The notes below the pieces were generated by a model. It worked only from the letters and a program-made list of their open reading frames with translations, did not search any database and was not told where the DNA came from. The translations under genes and the position numbers were made by a program. Positions 48,542-58,904 of a DNA stretch of 64,000 nucleotides are shown here, in pieces. Every line of letters starts with the position of its first letter. The first letter of the stretch is position 1. Origin of the DNA: an uncultured Chloroflexia bacterium (GTDB lineage Bacteria; Chloroflexota; Limnocylindria; Limnocylindrales; CSP1-4); the NCBI GenBank assembly GCA_963720755.1, contig CAVRGP010000011.1:224001-288000 (forward strand), in the 5' to 3' direction.

Positions 48542-49870
48542 TCAGGCGACCGTGGCGACGCGCGGCGTCGGCTGGGACCGGCCGTCGCCCAACTGGACGA
48601 CCGTGTAGCCGGCGGCCCGGAGACGCTCGGCGTCGAGCAGCCGACGCCCATCGATGATCAGCGGCCGGGTACCGGCGGCCGCCCACTCCAACCAGGGCAG
48701 ATCCCGGAATTCGGGCCATTCGGTCGCGATGATCACGGCGTCGGCTCCATCGACCGCGGCCGGCGCGTCCTTGGCGATCTCGAGCGCCGGCAGGCGAGCC
48801 GACGCGTTCGAGCTGGCGGCGGGATCGAACGCCCGCACCCGCGCGCCCATCGACAGGAGCCGATCGGCCAGTCGGACCGCCGGCGAGTCGCGGATGTCAT
48901 CGGTGCCGGCCTTGAAGGCCAGCCCGAGCAGGCCGATGGTCCGTCCGGATACGCCATCCATGAGAACGGCGACCCGATCGGCGAAGCGATCCTGGGCCGC
49001 CAGGTTCGCGGCCGACGCGGCCGTGGTCACGTGCATCGGCAACCCGAGGGTCTGGCCGGCGACCGCCAGTGTGATCAATTCCTTCGGCAGACAGCTGCCG
49101 CCGAACCCGAAACTGGGTTGCATGTAGCCCTTGCCGAGCCGGGGATCGGCCCCGATCCCGGCGAGGACTTCGTCCACGTCGGCCCCGGCTTCCTCGCACA
49201 GCGAGGCGATCTCGTTCGTGAATGACAGCTTCAGGGCGAGCATCGCATTCGCGCCGTTCTTGATGATCTCGGCGGCTTCGACGTCCACCACGAGTCGCGG
49301 CGCCTCGATCGGCGCATAGAGGGCGAGGACGGCGGCCAGGGCGATCGGGTCGGCATCGCTGAACCGCCCGATCACGATCCGGCTCGGCTGCGCGAAATCC
49401 TCGACGGCCGTCCCCTGACGGAGGAATTCCGGGTTGGTGAAGATCCTCGACGTCGGCAGACCGGTCGCCTTGACCGCCCGCCGCGTCCCGCCGACGGGCA
49501 GCGTGCTGCGGATCACCAGGATGTCATCGGCAGCGAGCCGAGGACGCAGGGCGTCGAGGGCGGAATCGAGTTGCCGCAGGTCGCTCTTGCCGTCGTCGCC
49601 GATCGGCGTCCCGACGCACAGCAACGTGATCCCGGGGTCGTCCTGGGGAGCGTCGCTGACGGTCAGCCGACCCGCTGCGGTCGCCTCGTCGAAGGCCTCC
49701 TGCAGGCCCGTCTCGTGGATCGGGATGCGCCCTGCACGGAGCGACGCGAGTCGGGTGGCTCCAGTCTCGACGAGGCGGACCTCGTGACCGAGGCGGGCCA
49801 GCCCGACGGCCGTCACGAGGCCGACGTAGCCGGCGCCGACGACCGTGATCACGCGCTCGCTCGATCCCAT
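48542..49870 (-). CDS. ugd: UDP-glucose/GDP-mannose dehydrogenase family protein
   Basis: GAGYVG, CVGTP, NPEFLRQG, FGGSCLPK, LAFKAGTDDIRDSP. Confidence 0.9.
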   Translation of the reverse strand: MGSSERVITVVGAGYVGLVTAVGLARLGHEVRLVETGATRLASLRAGRIPIHETGLQEAFDEATAAGRLTVSDAPQDDPGITLLCVGTPIGDDGKSDLRQLDSALDALRPRLAADDILVIRSTLPVGGTRRAVKATGLPTSRIFTNPEFLRQGTAVEDFAQPSRIVIGRFSDADPIALAAVLALYAPIEAPRLVVDVEAAEIIKNGANAMLALKLSFTNEIASLCEEAGADVDEVLAGIGADPRLGKGYMQPSFGFGGSCLPKELITLAVAGQTLGLPMHVTTAASAANLAAQDRFADRVAVLMDGVSGRTIGLLGLAFKAGTDDIRDSPAVRLADRLLSMGARVRAFDPAASSNASARLPALEIAKDAPAAVDGADAVIIATEWPEFRDLPWLEWAAAGTRPLIIDGRRLLDAERLRAAGYTVVQLGDGRSQPTPRVATVA

Positions 49871-49919
49871 CAGCGGACAGGGTAGCAGGACCACCCGAGA
49901 CGCGATGTAGCATGCACGC

Positions 49920-51326
49920 GTGCGCCTGACCCAGTACCGGATCGATGGTCTCGGTCACCTGTCGACGATCGTCGCCGACGATGCCGCCGGGGTCGCGGCC
50001 GTGGTCGATCCCAGACGTGACGTGGACATCTATCTCGATGCGGCTCGCGAAGCGGGTCTGGCCATCACCCACGTCATCGAGACCCACCTCCACAATGACT
50101 ACGTCTCCGGTGGCCGGGAGCTGGCCGCGCTGACCGGCGCGACCCACGTCATCGGGGCCGGCGCGAACCTCGGCCACGAGCACCGACCCGTGGTCGACGG
50201 CGAGGCGTTCAGCCTCGGAGCGATCCGTTTCACGACCCTTGACACGCCCGGCCATACACCCGAACACGTGTCGTACGCCGTGGCGGATACGGACCGCGCC
50301 GCGGAGCCGTTCCTCGTGCTCACCGGCGGGTCCCTGCTCGTCGGGGCCGTCGGCCGGACGGATCTGCTGGGCGACGAGCATGCGCGGCCGTACGCCGCCG
50401 CGATGTACAGGTCGCTCCACGAGGTCCTTCTGCCCCACCAGGATTCGGTCATGGTCTATCCGACCCATGGGGCCGGCTCCCTGTGCTCGACGGGGATCGC
50501 CTCGACCCCGTGGTCCACGATCGGGTACGAACGCCGTCACGACCCGCTGCTTGGGCCGATGGAGATCGACGCATTCGCCCAGGCGCTGCTGTCCGGCCAG
50601 CCGACCATCCCTCGCTATTTCGCCAGGATGCGTCCGATCAACCAGGCGGGTCCCCGGCTGCTCGGCGGCGTCGTACCCGACATCCCACCGATGTCCGGCG
50701 CTGCCGTGCGGTCGGCGGTCGACGGCGGCGCGCTCATCGTCGACGCGCGGCAGCCGGCGATGCACGCCCTCGAGCGGATCCCGGGCTCGCAGTCGATCCC
50801 GGCTGGTTCCTCATTCGGGACCTGGCTCGGCTGGGTCGTCGACCCCGGACGGCCGATCATCCTGCTGCTCGATCGCATCGACGACCTGGACGATCTCGTC
50901 CGCCAGTCGCTCCGGATCGGCTTTGATCCCGTGCTCGGATACCTGGACGGAGGCCTCGGAGCCTGGCGGGCGGCCGGCGGCGAGGTCGAGATCGATCGAC
51001 CCCTCGGGATCGATGCGCTGGCCGATCGGCTGACCGGCGATCCGGCCGACCGACCGCTCGTGATCGACGTTCGCCAGGCATCCGAGTACGAGTCCGGTCA
51101 TCTGCCTGGTTCGGTCCACATCGGGGCCGGCGAACTCACCGAACGACTCGGTTCGCTGCCTTCGGACCGACCGATCGCGACGATCTGTGCCAGCGGCTAC
51201 CGGTCGTCCGTGGCCACATCGTTGCTGCGTGCGGCCGGGTTCACGAGGGTTGCCTCGGTCGCGGCCGGGGTGCCCGGATGGGAGGCCAGCGGCCGGACCC
51301 TCGCCTACGGCGCTGCAGATCGCTGA
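49920..51326 (+). CDS. MBL-fold hydrolase with tandem rhodanese domains (CstB/persulfide dioxygenase-like)
   Basis: THLHNDY, TPGHT, YPTHGAGSLC; C-terminal rhodanese active site CASGYR. Confidence 0.85.
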   Translation: MRLTQYRIDGLGHLSTIVADDAAGVAAVVDPRRDVDIYLDAAREAGLAITHVIETHLHNDYVSGGRELAALTGATHVIGAGANLGHEHRPVVDGEAFSLGAIRFTTLDTPGHTPEHVSYAVADTDRAAEPFLVLTGGSLLVGAVGRTDLLGDEHARPYAAAMYRSLHEVLLPHQDSVMVYPTHGAGSLCSTGIASTPWSTIGYERRHDPLLGPMEIDAFAQALLSGQPTIPRYFARMRPINQAGPRLLGGVVPDIPPMSGAAVRSAVDGGALIVDARQPAMHALERIPGSQSIPAGSSFGTWLGWVVDPGRPIILLLDRIDDLDDLVRQSLRIGFDPVLGYLDGGLGAWRAAGGEVEIDRPLGIDALADRLTGDPADRPLVIDVRQASEYESGHLPGSVHIGAGELTERLGSLPSDRPIATICASGYRSSVATSLLRAAGFTRVASVAAGVPGWEASGRTLAYGAADR

Positions 51327-51563
51327 TCGATCGACGGGTCTGACGCCCCGGACCGGGACGATGGTCCTGCTGTGACCCAGGACTGTTGGCGCCTCCGACC
51401 GCGGGCAGGCTCGTGCCACCATCGATCCGTGCGCGCGCGTCCTGTCGTCCCGCTTGATCCGCTGGCCCGCGAGGGGACGTTGCCGGCCGTCCTCGACACC
51501 CCCCCGACCGGTCCCGCGTCGAGGTCGCGCAAGCTCGCCCGGACAACCCGAAGTGATCGACCG

Positions 51564-53660
51564 ATGAACACGGGCGTCACCCGGGAACGGACCGTCTCGA
51601 TCGACCCCGAGCAACCTGGGCGCGATGGTGATCTCGCCGGCAGGCTGGACGCCGTCCTGGAGATCGTCGGCCGTCTGGCCGCATCCCACGATCGGGCCGA
51701 ACTCTTCCAGATGATCGTCGACGCCGCCGACCATGCCCTGCGGGCCGACGTGACCATGTTGCGGTCGCTCGGTGACGATCGCCTGGCCATGGTCGCATCG
51801 GTCGGGCTCTCCGACGAGGAGGCGACCACGCTATCCAGCTTCGGACCGGACGATGGGTTGATCGGTGACGTGCTGCGCACCCGTCGCGCGCTTGCGATCC
51901 CCGACGGTCGCCGGATCGACCCGGACCGATCGGGCGGCGACCCGGGGATCCCGGGCATCGTCGGGTACCTCGCCGCGCCGCTCATCCATGAGGATCGGGT
52001 CTTCGGTGTGCTGTCCGTGATGACTCGCGAGCCACGCTCGTGGACGAGTGGCGACGTCGGTTTCATGACGACCCTCGCTGCGCACGCGGCGATCGCGCTC
52101 AGCAACGCCCGACTGTTCGAGGAGACCGTCGCCCGAGCCGCCCAGCTCGAGGTGCTCCAGGCCGCCTCCGCCCGGATGAGCAGGGCGACCACGATCGAGG
52201 AAGTCGGGCGGACCGTCGTCGAGGAGACCCACGGGATCATCGATTACCACAACGCCCGCGTCTACCTGCTGGAACCTTCCGGCGACCTGGTCCCGATCGC
52301 CTTCGAGGGTCGGCTCGGGGCGTATCAGCAGGTCGACATGGAGCTGCTTCGCTGTCGACTCGGCGAAGGTCTGACGGGCTGGGTCGGCTTGCATGGCGAA
52401 CCCATCCTGGCCAACGACGCGAACCGCGATCCCAGGGGCGCGACGATCGTCGGGACCGACGACATCGACGAATCCATGCTGGTCGTGCCGATGCGCTCGG
52501 ACGGGCAGATGATCGGCGTCGCCACGCTCAGCAAACTCGGACTCGACGGGTTCGGGTCAGACGACCTCCGGTTGCTTGGGATCCTGGCCGACCAGGCCGG
52601 GACTGCGATCGGGTCTGCCCGTCTGCTCAACCGAACGCAGGATCTGGCCCGCGAATTGCGACGGCTCCTGGACATGAGCGCTGAGTTGTCGGGCAGTCTG
52701 GACCCCCGCCAGGTGGCGGAATTGATGGCCGAACACCTGGCCATCGCCATGGGCGTGCCCGACTGCGTGATCTCCTACTGGGACCGTGCCGCGGGTCGTC
52801 TGGAATCGCTCGGCTACTACCCCAGCCACCGCTTGCACGAGATCGAACCGTACTTCGAGGTCGACGGCTTCCCGGAGACTCAGCGCGTCCTGCAGCAGCA
52901 GGCGACCGTGATCATCGATGTGGACGATCCGACCGCGGACCAGGCAGAAGTGACGCTGATGCGGCGCGACGGGAACAAGGTCCTGGCGATGCTGCCGCTC
53001 GTCGCCAAGGGTCAATCGATCGGTCTGGTCGAGCTCGCATCGGGAGATCGGGTCACCTTCAGCTCCGAGCACCTGGAACTCGCGCGGACGATGGCCAACG
53101 AGGCCGCCATGGCACTGGAGAACGCCCGACTCTACGAAGAGGCTCGCAACCTGGCTGACCGGGATCCCCTGACCGGCTTCTACAACCACCGGTTCCTGCA
53201 CGAGCGACTTGGCGAGGAGGTCGTCCGGGCCCAGCGGGCGCGGCGGCCGGTCAGTGTCCTGATGCTCGACCTCGACGACTTCAAGCTCGTCAACGACACG
53301 TTCGGCCACCTGTTCGGCGATCGGGTCTTGACCTGGACGGCTGAGCTCATCCGATCGACCCTGCGAGGCTCCGACATCCCGGCCCGATATGGCGGCGACG
53401 AATTCGCGATCATCCTGCCGGAGACCGACGCCGACGAGGCGCGCACGGCCGCCGATCGGATCCGGGCGGCGTTCCGGGAACGCGCCTTCGTCGGCGAGCA
53501 GCGCGGTCCGGTACCCATCGGCGCATCGATCGGCGCGGCCACCTTCCCGGGAGACGGCCGGACCGGAACGGATCTGATCGCGGCGGCAGATTCGGCGCTC
53601 TATCGAGTGAAGCGGGAAGGCGGGCATGACGCCGAGCCACCGGACGGTCCAGCCGTCTGA
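51564..53660 (+). CDS. Diguanylate cyclase with three GAF domains
   Basis: Three GAF-like repeats; DPLTG, DLDDFK, RGSD I-site, RYGGDEF. Alternative start GTG 51429. Confidence 0.9.
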   Translation: MNTGVTRERTVSIDPEQPGRDGDLAGRLDAVLEIVGRLAASHDRAELFQMIVDAADHALRADVTMLRSLGDDRLAMVASVGLSDEEATTLSSFGPDDGLIGDVLRTRRALAIPDGRRIDPDRSGGDPGIPGIVGYLAAPLIHEDRVFGVLSVMTREPRSWTSGDVGFMTTLAAHAAIALSNARLFEETVARAAQLEVLQAASARMSRATTIEEVGRTVVEETHGIIDYHNARVYLLEPSGDLVPIAFEGRLGAYQQVDMELLRCRLGEGLTGWVGLHGEPILANDANRDPRGATIVGTDDIDESMLVVPMRSDGQMIGVATLSKLGLDGFGSDDLRLLGILADQAGTAIGSARLLNRTQDLARELRRLLDMSAELSGSLDPRQVAELMAEHLAIAMGVPDCVISYWDRAAGRLESLGYYPSHRLHEIEPYFEVDGFPETQRVLQQQATVIIDVDDPTADQAEVTLMRRDGNKVLAMLPLVAKGQSIGLVELASGDRVTFSSEHLELARTMANEAAMALENARLYEEARNLADRDPLTGFYNHRFLHERLGEEVVRAQRARRPVSVLMLDLDDFKLVNDTFGHLFGDRVLTWTAELIRSTLRGSDIPARYGGDEFAIILPETDADEARTAADRIRAAFRERAFVGEQRGPVPIGASIGAATFPGDGRTGTDLIAAADSALYRVKREGGHDAEPPDGPAV

Positions 53661-53769
53661 GTGCGGGCGATCCGGACGGATCGAGACCAACGGATCCTGA
53701 CCGGCAGCCACCAGTACCACGACCCGGGATGGACGCCGGGCACACGGACCGCCATCCTCTATCCCTGAC

Positions 53770-55158
53770 GTGAGCGACCGCCTCGACCCGCATGCCTCGC
53801 CACCCGAGACACCCGAGCGCCAGATCCGGCGGCGGTGGTGGGTGTTCGCCACCTCGTACGCGGTCCTCGGTCTGCTGACGGTCGCCCGGCTGGGCTCCGG
53901 AGCGGTCGGGCCTGCCGACATCCTGATCGTGGCCCTGGTCGTCGTCGTCGGGGTCGCCGCGGTGCGCCACCGCGAGGCCGTCGCCGCGCTCGAGGTGGGG
54001 CGCCGCGAGGAGGCCGAGTCGTTCACCCGGATCCTGTCCAGTCTGTCGCGGTCGGTGTCTCCCGATGCGATCCTGAGTGCCATCGTCACCGAGCTTGCCG
54101 CGGCGACCGGCGCCGACCACATCGTCGTCGCCCGGCGACGGCCGGACGCACGGATCCTGGACGCGACGCTGGTCAGCGCCCGCCCGGGCGTCCCGGACTC
54201 GACGACGCGGCTGCCGATCGGCGACCTCGACGACCCGATCGGGCCCATCGACCGAGCCGCCGATCGAGAGGCCGTAGGTATCCCGATCGTTGCCGACGCC
54301 CACGAACCGGTCGCTGCCGGTCGCCTGCGCAGCACGATCGATGGATTGACCAGCTGGTTGGTCGCGGGAGCGCCACGGCCAACGTTCGCATCGCCAGCCG
54401 GGGCGTCCTCGACCCCGCCACCGATCCAGCGTCTGCCCGCCGAGCGCCAGCAGGTCGCCGACCGGATCGCCTCCCGGACCCGCCCGGTCTACGGGCTGAT
54501 GAACACGCTGGCGGCGCCGCTCACCTCAGATGGTGTCGTCATCGGTGCGATCGTCCTGTCGCGCCGAACGACCGGGGTCTGGCCGGCGACCACCCGGCGC
54601 CTCCTCGCGGGGGCTGCGACCGAGGCGTCGTCTGCTCTGTCGCGCGCCTACTCACTGCGGGCGGCCGAGGCCCACGCCACGACTGACGCACTGACCGGCC
54701 TTCCCAATCGCCGCTACTTCGATGAATTCTGCGGACTGCTGGCCAGGCGTCGACGGACCGGCGATGCGGTCGGGGTCCTGATGATCGATATCGATCGGTT
54801 CAAGGTCCTCAACGACACCTACGGTCACGCGACCGGCGACGAAGTCCTTCGGTCGGTCGGAGGGGCGATCGTGTCAGCTGTCCGGGAGGACGACGTCCCG
54901 GCCCGTTACGGTGGCGAGGAGTTCGTGGTCATCCTGCGGCGCCCATCACCCGAGGTGGCGCTCGAGGTCGGGGAGCGGGTGCGCGCCGCGGTTGCCGCTC
55001 TGGACCTGGCGAGGGTCGGCGTTCCCGGCGTCAGCGTCTCGGTCGGCGTCGCGGTCGATCGCGGGGTCGGTCGCTCGATCGGCGAGTTGACGGCGGAGGC
55101 GGATGCCGCCCTGTATCGGGCCAAGCGCGCCGGCCGGGATCGAGTCGTGGCGGCCTGA
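53770..55158 (+). CDS. Membrane-anchored GAF-like/GGDEF diguanylate cyclase
   Basis: Two N-terminal TM helices; DALTGLPNRR, DIDRFK, REDD I-site, RYGGEEF. Confidence 0.88.
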   Translation: MSDRLDPHASPPETPERQIRRRWWVFATSYAVLGLLTVARLGSGAVGPADILIVALVVVVGVAAVRHREAVAALEVGRREEAESFTRILSSLSRSVSPDAILSAIVTELAAATGADHIVVARRRPDARILDATLVSARPGVPDSTTRLPIGDLDDPIGPIDRAADREAVGIPIVADAHEPVAAGRLRSTIDGLTSWLVAGAPRPTFASPAGASSTPPPIQRLPAERQQVADRIASRTRPVYGLMNTLAAPLTSDGVVIGAIVLSRRTTGVWPATTRRLLAGAATEASSALSRAYSLRAAEAHATTDALTGLPNRRYFDEFCGLLARRRRTGDAVGVLMIDIDRFKVLNDTYGHATGDEVLRSVGGAIVSAVREDDVPARYGGEEFVVILRRPSPEVALEVGERVRAAVAALDLARVGVPGVSVSVGVAVDRGVGRSIGELTAEADAALYRAKRAGRDRVVAA

Positions 55159-55200
55159 GGCTGCGTCCGGGCGGCGCGGCCCAGGGCGTACCATCCGGGC

Positions 55201-57024
55201 GTGTCCGATCCACCCCCGACGTTGTCCAACGGCGACCTGGCGCGCATCTTCCACGAGATCGGCGACATGCTCGAGATCCAGGGCGAGCTCGTCTTCAAGA
55301 CCGTCGCCTACCATCGGGCCGCCGACACGATCGGCCGCAGTCCGGTCGACATCGCGTCCGCCTATCGATCCGGGTCACCGCCCCAGATCCCGGGCGTCGG
55401 CAAGGCCATCAGCGACAAGCTGGCCGAGCTGGCGACGACCGGTCACCTCGCGTTCTACGACCGGCTCCGCGAGGCGGTCCCTCCTGGGCTGCTGGAGATC
55501 CTGGAGATCCAGGGCCTGGGGCCGAAGACCGTCCGGCAATTGCACGAGGAGCTTGGGATCGAGTCGGTCGACGACCTCCGTCGAGCCGCCGAGACCGGGC
55601 AGCTGCGCACGCTGCGCGGGATGTCCTCCCGAACGGAGACACTCGTCCTCGACGGGATCGCGCGACTCGGGGACCGCTCCAGGCGGATGCGTCTCGATCG
55701 CGCGAAGGAGCTTGTCGACGCGCTGATCGACGGCCTGGCGGGGATGCCCGGCGTCCGGTCACTGGAGCCGGCCGGATCGTTCCGTCGCCGGAAGGAGTCG
55801 ATCGGCGATCTCGATCTCCTCGTGGAGACCGACGAGCCGTCGCTGCTGATCGACGCATTCACCGGGATCCGGTCGGTCGCTGCGGTGATCGACCACGGGA
55901 CGGCCAAGGCCTCGGTCGCCATGGACGCGGGGCCACGGGTCGACCTGATGGTCATGCCGCCAGGCGAGGCCGGGACCTACCGGATCCACTTCACGGGGTC
56001 GAAGGAACACAACGTCCGGCTCCGGGCCATGGCGCGCGACCAGGGCTGGAGCCTGTCCGAGAAGGGGTTCCTTCGGATCGACGACGACGGTCGGCCGCAG
56101 GCCGGGGCGGCCGCCGAGCTGCGGACGTTCGCGACTGAGCTCGAGGCCTACGCCTTCCTCGGATTGCCGTTCATCGAACCCGAGCTGCGCGAGGATATGG
56201 GAGAGATCGCCGCCGCCCTCGCCGGACGGCTGCCCGCCCTCATCGAACTCAGCGACCTTCGCGGCGACCTCCACAGTCACTCCGACTGGTCGGACGGTCA
56301 CCAGCCGATCGAGGTCATGGCCGAGGCGGCGCGCAAGCGCGGGTACGCGTATCAGGTCCTGACCGACCATTCCCGGTCGCTGGCGATCGCCCGTGGCCTG
56401 ACCCCGGAGCGAGTCGAGCGTCAGCGAGAGGTCATCGCCGGCCTCAACGCCGGGTATGCCGCCGAGGAAGCCGCCGGAACGGTCCCGCCGGGTGCCTCGA
56501 CGGAGGGTTTTCGCCTCCTCCACGGCTGCGAGCTCGAGATCCGGGCCGATGGCCAACTCGACTTCGACGATGCCCTGCTGGCGCGGTTCGACGTCGTCGT
56601 GGCATCCGTCCATGTCGCCCGGCGGCAGTCCAGGGAAGAGTTGACGCGGCGGACGCTCAATGCGATCCGCAGCCCCCACGTCGACGTCATCGCCCATCCG
56701 TCGGGCCGCAAGATCGGCGAGCGGGACGACCTCGACCTGGATTGGGATCCGATCTACGCCGAGGCCGCCCGAACGGGCACGGTGCTCGAGATGAATGGCT
56801 CGCCGGCACGCCTGGATCTGGCGGTCGAGCGTGCCCGGCGGGCCGTCGAACTCGGTTGTCTGGTGGCGATCGATTCGGATGCCCACGACCTCGATGAACT
56901 CGACTACGTCCGGTGGGGGATCAGCCAGGCGCGCCGAGCCTGGGTCACGGCCGAGGCGGTGCTCAACACCCGATCACGAGCGGATCTGCTGGCGTGGACA
57001 GCCGGGAAGGACGGACGTCTGTGA
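55201..57024 (+). CDS. polX: DNA polymerase X with PHP exonuclease domain
   Basis: HhH motifs; GSFRR..IGDLD, RVDL, FTGSKEHN; PHP motifs DLHSHSDWSDG, TDHS, AHP, DSDAH. Catalytic Asp triad looks intact. Confidence 0.93.
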   Translation: MSDPPPTLSNGDLARIFHEIGDMLEIQGELVFKTVAYHRAADTIGRSPVDIASAYRSGSPPQIPGVGKAISDKLAELATTGHLAFYDRLREAVPPGLLEILEIQGLGPKTVRQLHEELGIESVDDLRRAAETGQLRTLRGMSSRTETLVLDGIARLGDRSRRMRLDRAKELVDALIDGLAGMPGVRSLEPAGSFRRRKESIGDLDLLVETDEPSLLIDAFTGIRSVAAVIDHGTAKASVAMDAGPRVDLMVMPPGEAGTYRIHFTGSKEHNVRLRAMARDQGWSLSEKGFLRIDDDGRPQAGAAAELRTFATELEAYAFLGLPFIEPELREDMGEIAAALAGRLPALIELSDLRGDLHSHSDWSDGHQPIEVMAEAARKRGYAYQVLTDHSRSLAIARGLTPERVERQREVIAGLNAGYAAEEAAGTVPPGASTEGFRLLHGCELEIRADGQLDFDDALLARFDVVVASVHVARRQSREELTRRTLNAIRSPHVDVIAHPSGRKIGERDDLDLDWDPIYAEAARTGTVLEMNGSPARLDLAVERARRAVELGCLVAIDSDAHDLDELDYVRWGISQARRAWVTAEAVLNTRSRADLLAWTAGKDGRL

Positions 57025-57851
57025 TCGGCCCGCGCTCATCGGCCGAGATCGAAGACCGCGCGGCACGTCGCGACCTGGCCCTCCTTGCGGTCACGATCGT
57101 CGGGTTGTCCCGGCTGGTCGAACCTCCGATCATCTGGTTGGTGGCCGCCGCCCTGCTCGCCGCGATGATGCTCGGGACGCTCCAGGTGCTCCACGACGAA
57201 GCGGCTCCGGCCCAGGTCTGGTTCGGGGTCCCGATCGAGTCGGTGATCGTGCCCTCGGTGGCCGCGGTCGCCTGCCTTGGGGCCATCCGCCTCGTCCCAT
57301 TCGGGCTCTGGCTCGCCCCCGCCCTCCTGATGACCTGGTTGATCGTCGGTCGCACGCTGGCGCTCGAGAGTCGGATCCACCGGTCCGGGACCGGCCTGTC
57401 CGAGGACGAACGGACGGCCCTGCTGGTCACGATCCTTCTGGTCGCCTTCCTTGCCTTCACCGGGATCGCCGCGATGGTGCCCGGCGGCCTCGTCCAGGCC
57501 GGAGGCGCGCTGCCCGAGAACGACCTGATCATCCTCGCCGCCGGCGACGCACTGGTGGCGGGGCTGCTCGGCTATCGGGTCGCTGCGTTGCGAACCACGA
57601 CCGCGCGCGAAGCGTTGTGGGCGGCGGCCACGTACGCCCTGGCCATCGCGGTCGGCGCGTCGGCACTGCGGGCGATGGAGATCCCGCGGCTGGTCGGACC
57701 GGCGCTGCTCACCCTGGCCTTCTACCTGTGGGATGCGTTCATCGGCACCGCGCCATCACACCGGCGTCGGATCGGCTGGATCGCGCGTTTCGGACTCCTG
57801 GCCGCGCTCGGCGTCCTCGTGGCCGTCTGGAACCTGTTGCTGCGCTCCTGA
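57021..57851 (+). CDS. Multi-pass membrane protein of unknown function
   Basis: About 8-9 hydrophobic helices; GTGA overlap with polX. Confidence 0.7.
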   Translation: MIGPRSSAEIEDRAARRDLALLAVTIVGLSRLVEPPIIWLVAAALLAAMMLGTLQVLHDEAAPAQVWFGVPIESVIVPSVAAVACLGAIRLVPFGLWLAPALLMTWLIVGRTLALESRIHRSGTGLSEDERTALLVTILLVAFLAFTGIAAMVPGGLVQAGGALPENDLIILAAGDALVAGLLGYRVAALRTTTAREALWAAATYALAIAVGASALRAMEIPRLVGPALLTLAFYLWDAFIGTAPSHRRRIGWIARFGLLAALGVLVAVWNLLLRS

Positions 57852-57860
57852 GCGCTTCGT

Positions 57861-57889
57861 TTGACGCGCCGCCCGGACGGTGCTAGAAA
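57861..57889 (+). promoter_or_regulatory. Sigma70-type promoter TTGACG-N17-TAGAAA
   Basis: Near-consensus -35, 17-nt spacer and TG extension upstream of the TPR gene. Confidence 0.55.
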
Positions 57890-57982
57890 GCATGCTGGCT
57901 CCAGCGCAGCCGATACGCGCGCGCCCATCGCGCCCCGACCCGCCTTCCCGATCCCGCCGCGCCCCGAAAGGACGACCCCCTC

Positions 57983-58840
57983 GTGACCTTCCCCGATGTC
58001 GAGACCAGCGCCCAGAGCCCGGTCAATCTGAACCGCCAGAAGCGGCAACTGGCCGATCAGGCGATCGCTCAGGCAACGGCCGCGCAGTGGGCAGAATCGG
58101 CGGCGACGAACCGGCGCCTCCTCGAGCTCGGCCCCGACGCGGAGGCCGAGAACAGGCTGGCCAAGTCCCTGTGGGAACTCGGCGAGCTCGGAGCTGCGCG
58201 AGAGCACTACCAGACGGCCCTCGCTCTCGATCCGACCAACCGGATCGCCGAGCGCAACATCGACCGGCTCAAGGTGTTGCTCGTGGCGGCCGGGGAGAAG
58301 ACCGTTCCGGCCCAGGAGGGCAGCAAGGCCCCGGTCGGCATCTTCGTCGAGGAGACCGGCAAGACCGGCTTCGCGTTCCTGACCGACCTCGCCAGTCCGC
58401 GCGAACTCGCCCAGGTCAACCCGGGTGACTCGGTCGAACTCACGCCCGAAGGCAACAGGCTGATCGCCCACAGCAATGGTGTGCGGATCGGGGTCGTGGA
58501 ACCGCGCGTCGCGGCCCGGCTGCTCAAGCTCATCGCCGACGGGAACAAGTACGCCGCCGGCGTGACCTCGCTCGGCGACAAGGACGTCCGGATCATCCTG
58601 CGAGAGACCTTCCAGGACCCCGCCAACTACGGCAAGGTCAGCTTCCCGACCGCGGCGAAGTCGACCGACCTGCGACCGTATACCAAGGGCACCCTCGTTC
58701 GTGAGGAGATCGAACTCGAGGAGGATCTGGAGGACGACGAGGAGGACGACGAGATCGAGGATCTCGATCGCGTCCTGCCCCCGGACTCCACGACGGACGA
58801 GGCCTTCGAGGACGAACCGGACGAGTCGGACGAAGCGTAG
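57983..58840 (+). CDS. TPR protein with HIRAN-like central domain and acidic tail
   Basis: TPR helices (AENRLAKSLWELGELGAAREHYQTALALDPTN); FVEETGKT...GVVEPRVAARL; about 45-aa D/E-rich tail. Confidence 0.75.
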   Translation: MTFPDVETSAQSPVNLNRQKRQLADQAIAQATAAQWAESAATNRRLLELGPDAEAENRLAKSLWELGELGAAREHYQTALALDPTNRIAERNIDRLKVLLVAAGEKTVPAQEGSKAPVGIFVEETGKTGFAFLTDLASPRELAQVNPGDSVELTPEGNRLIAHSNGVRIGVVEPRVAARLLKLIADGNKYAAGVTSLGDKDVRIILRETFQDPANYGKVSFPTAAKSTDLRPYTKGTLVREEIELEEDLEDDEEDDEIEDLDRVLPPDSTTDEAFEDEPDESDEA

Positions 58841-58904
58841 CTCTCCGGCCCGGTGACGGGTCGCTCAGGTTCGACGCTCCCCAGCGTCCGCTAGCATCTG
58901 TCCG

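Noticed and set aside
53661-53769. c-di-GMP riboswitch between the two cyclase genes
   Set aside because: No GEMM-type consensus is visible.
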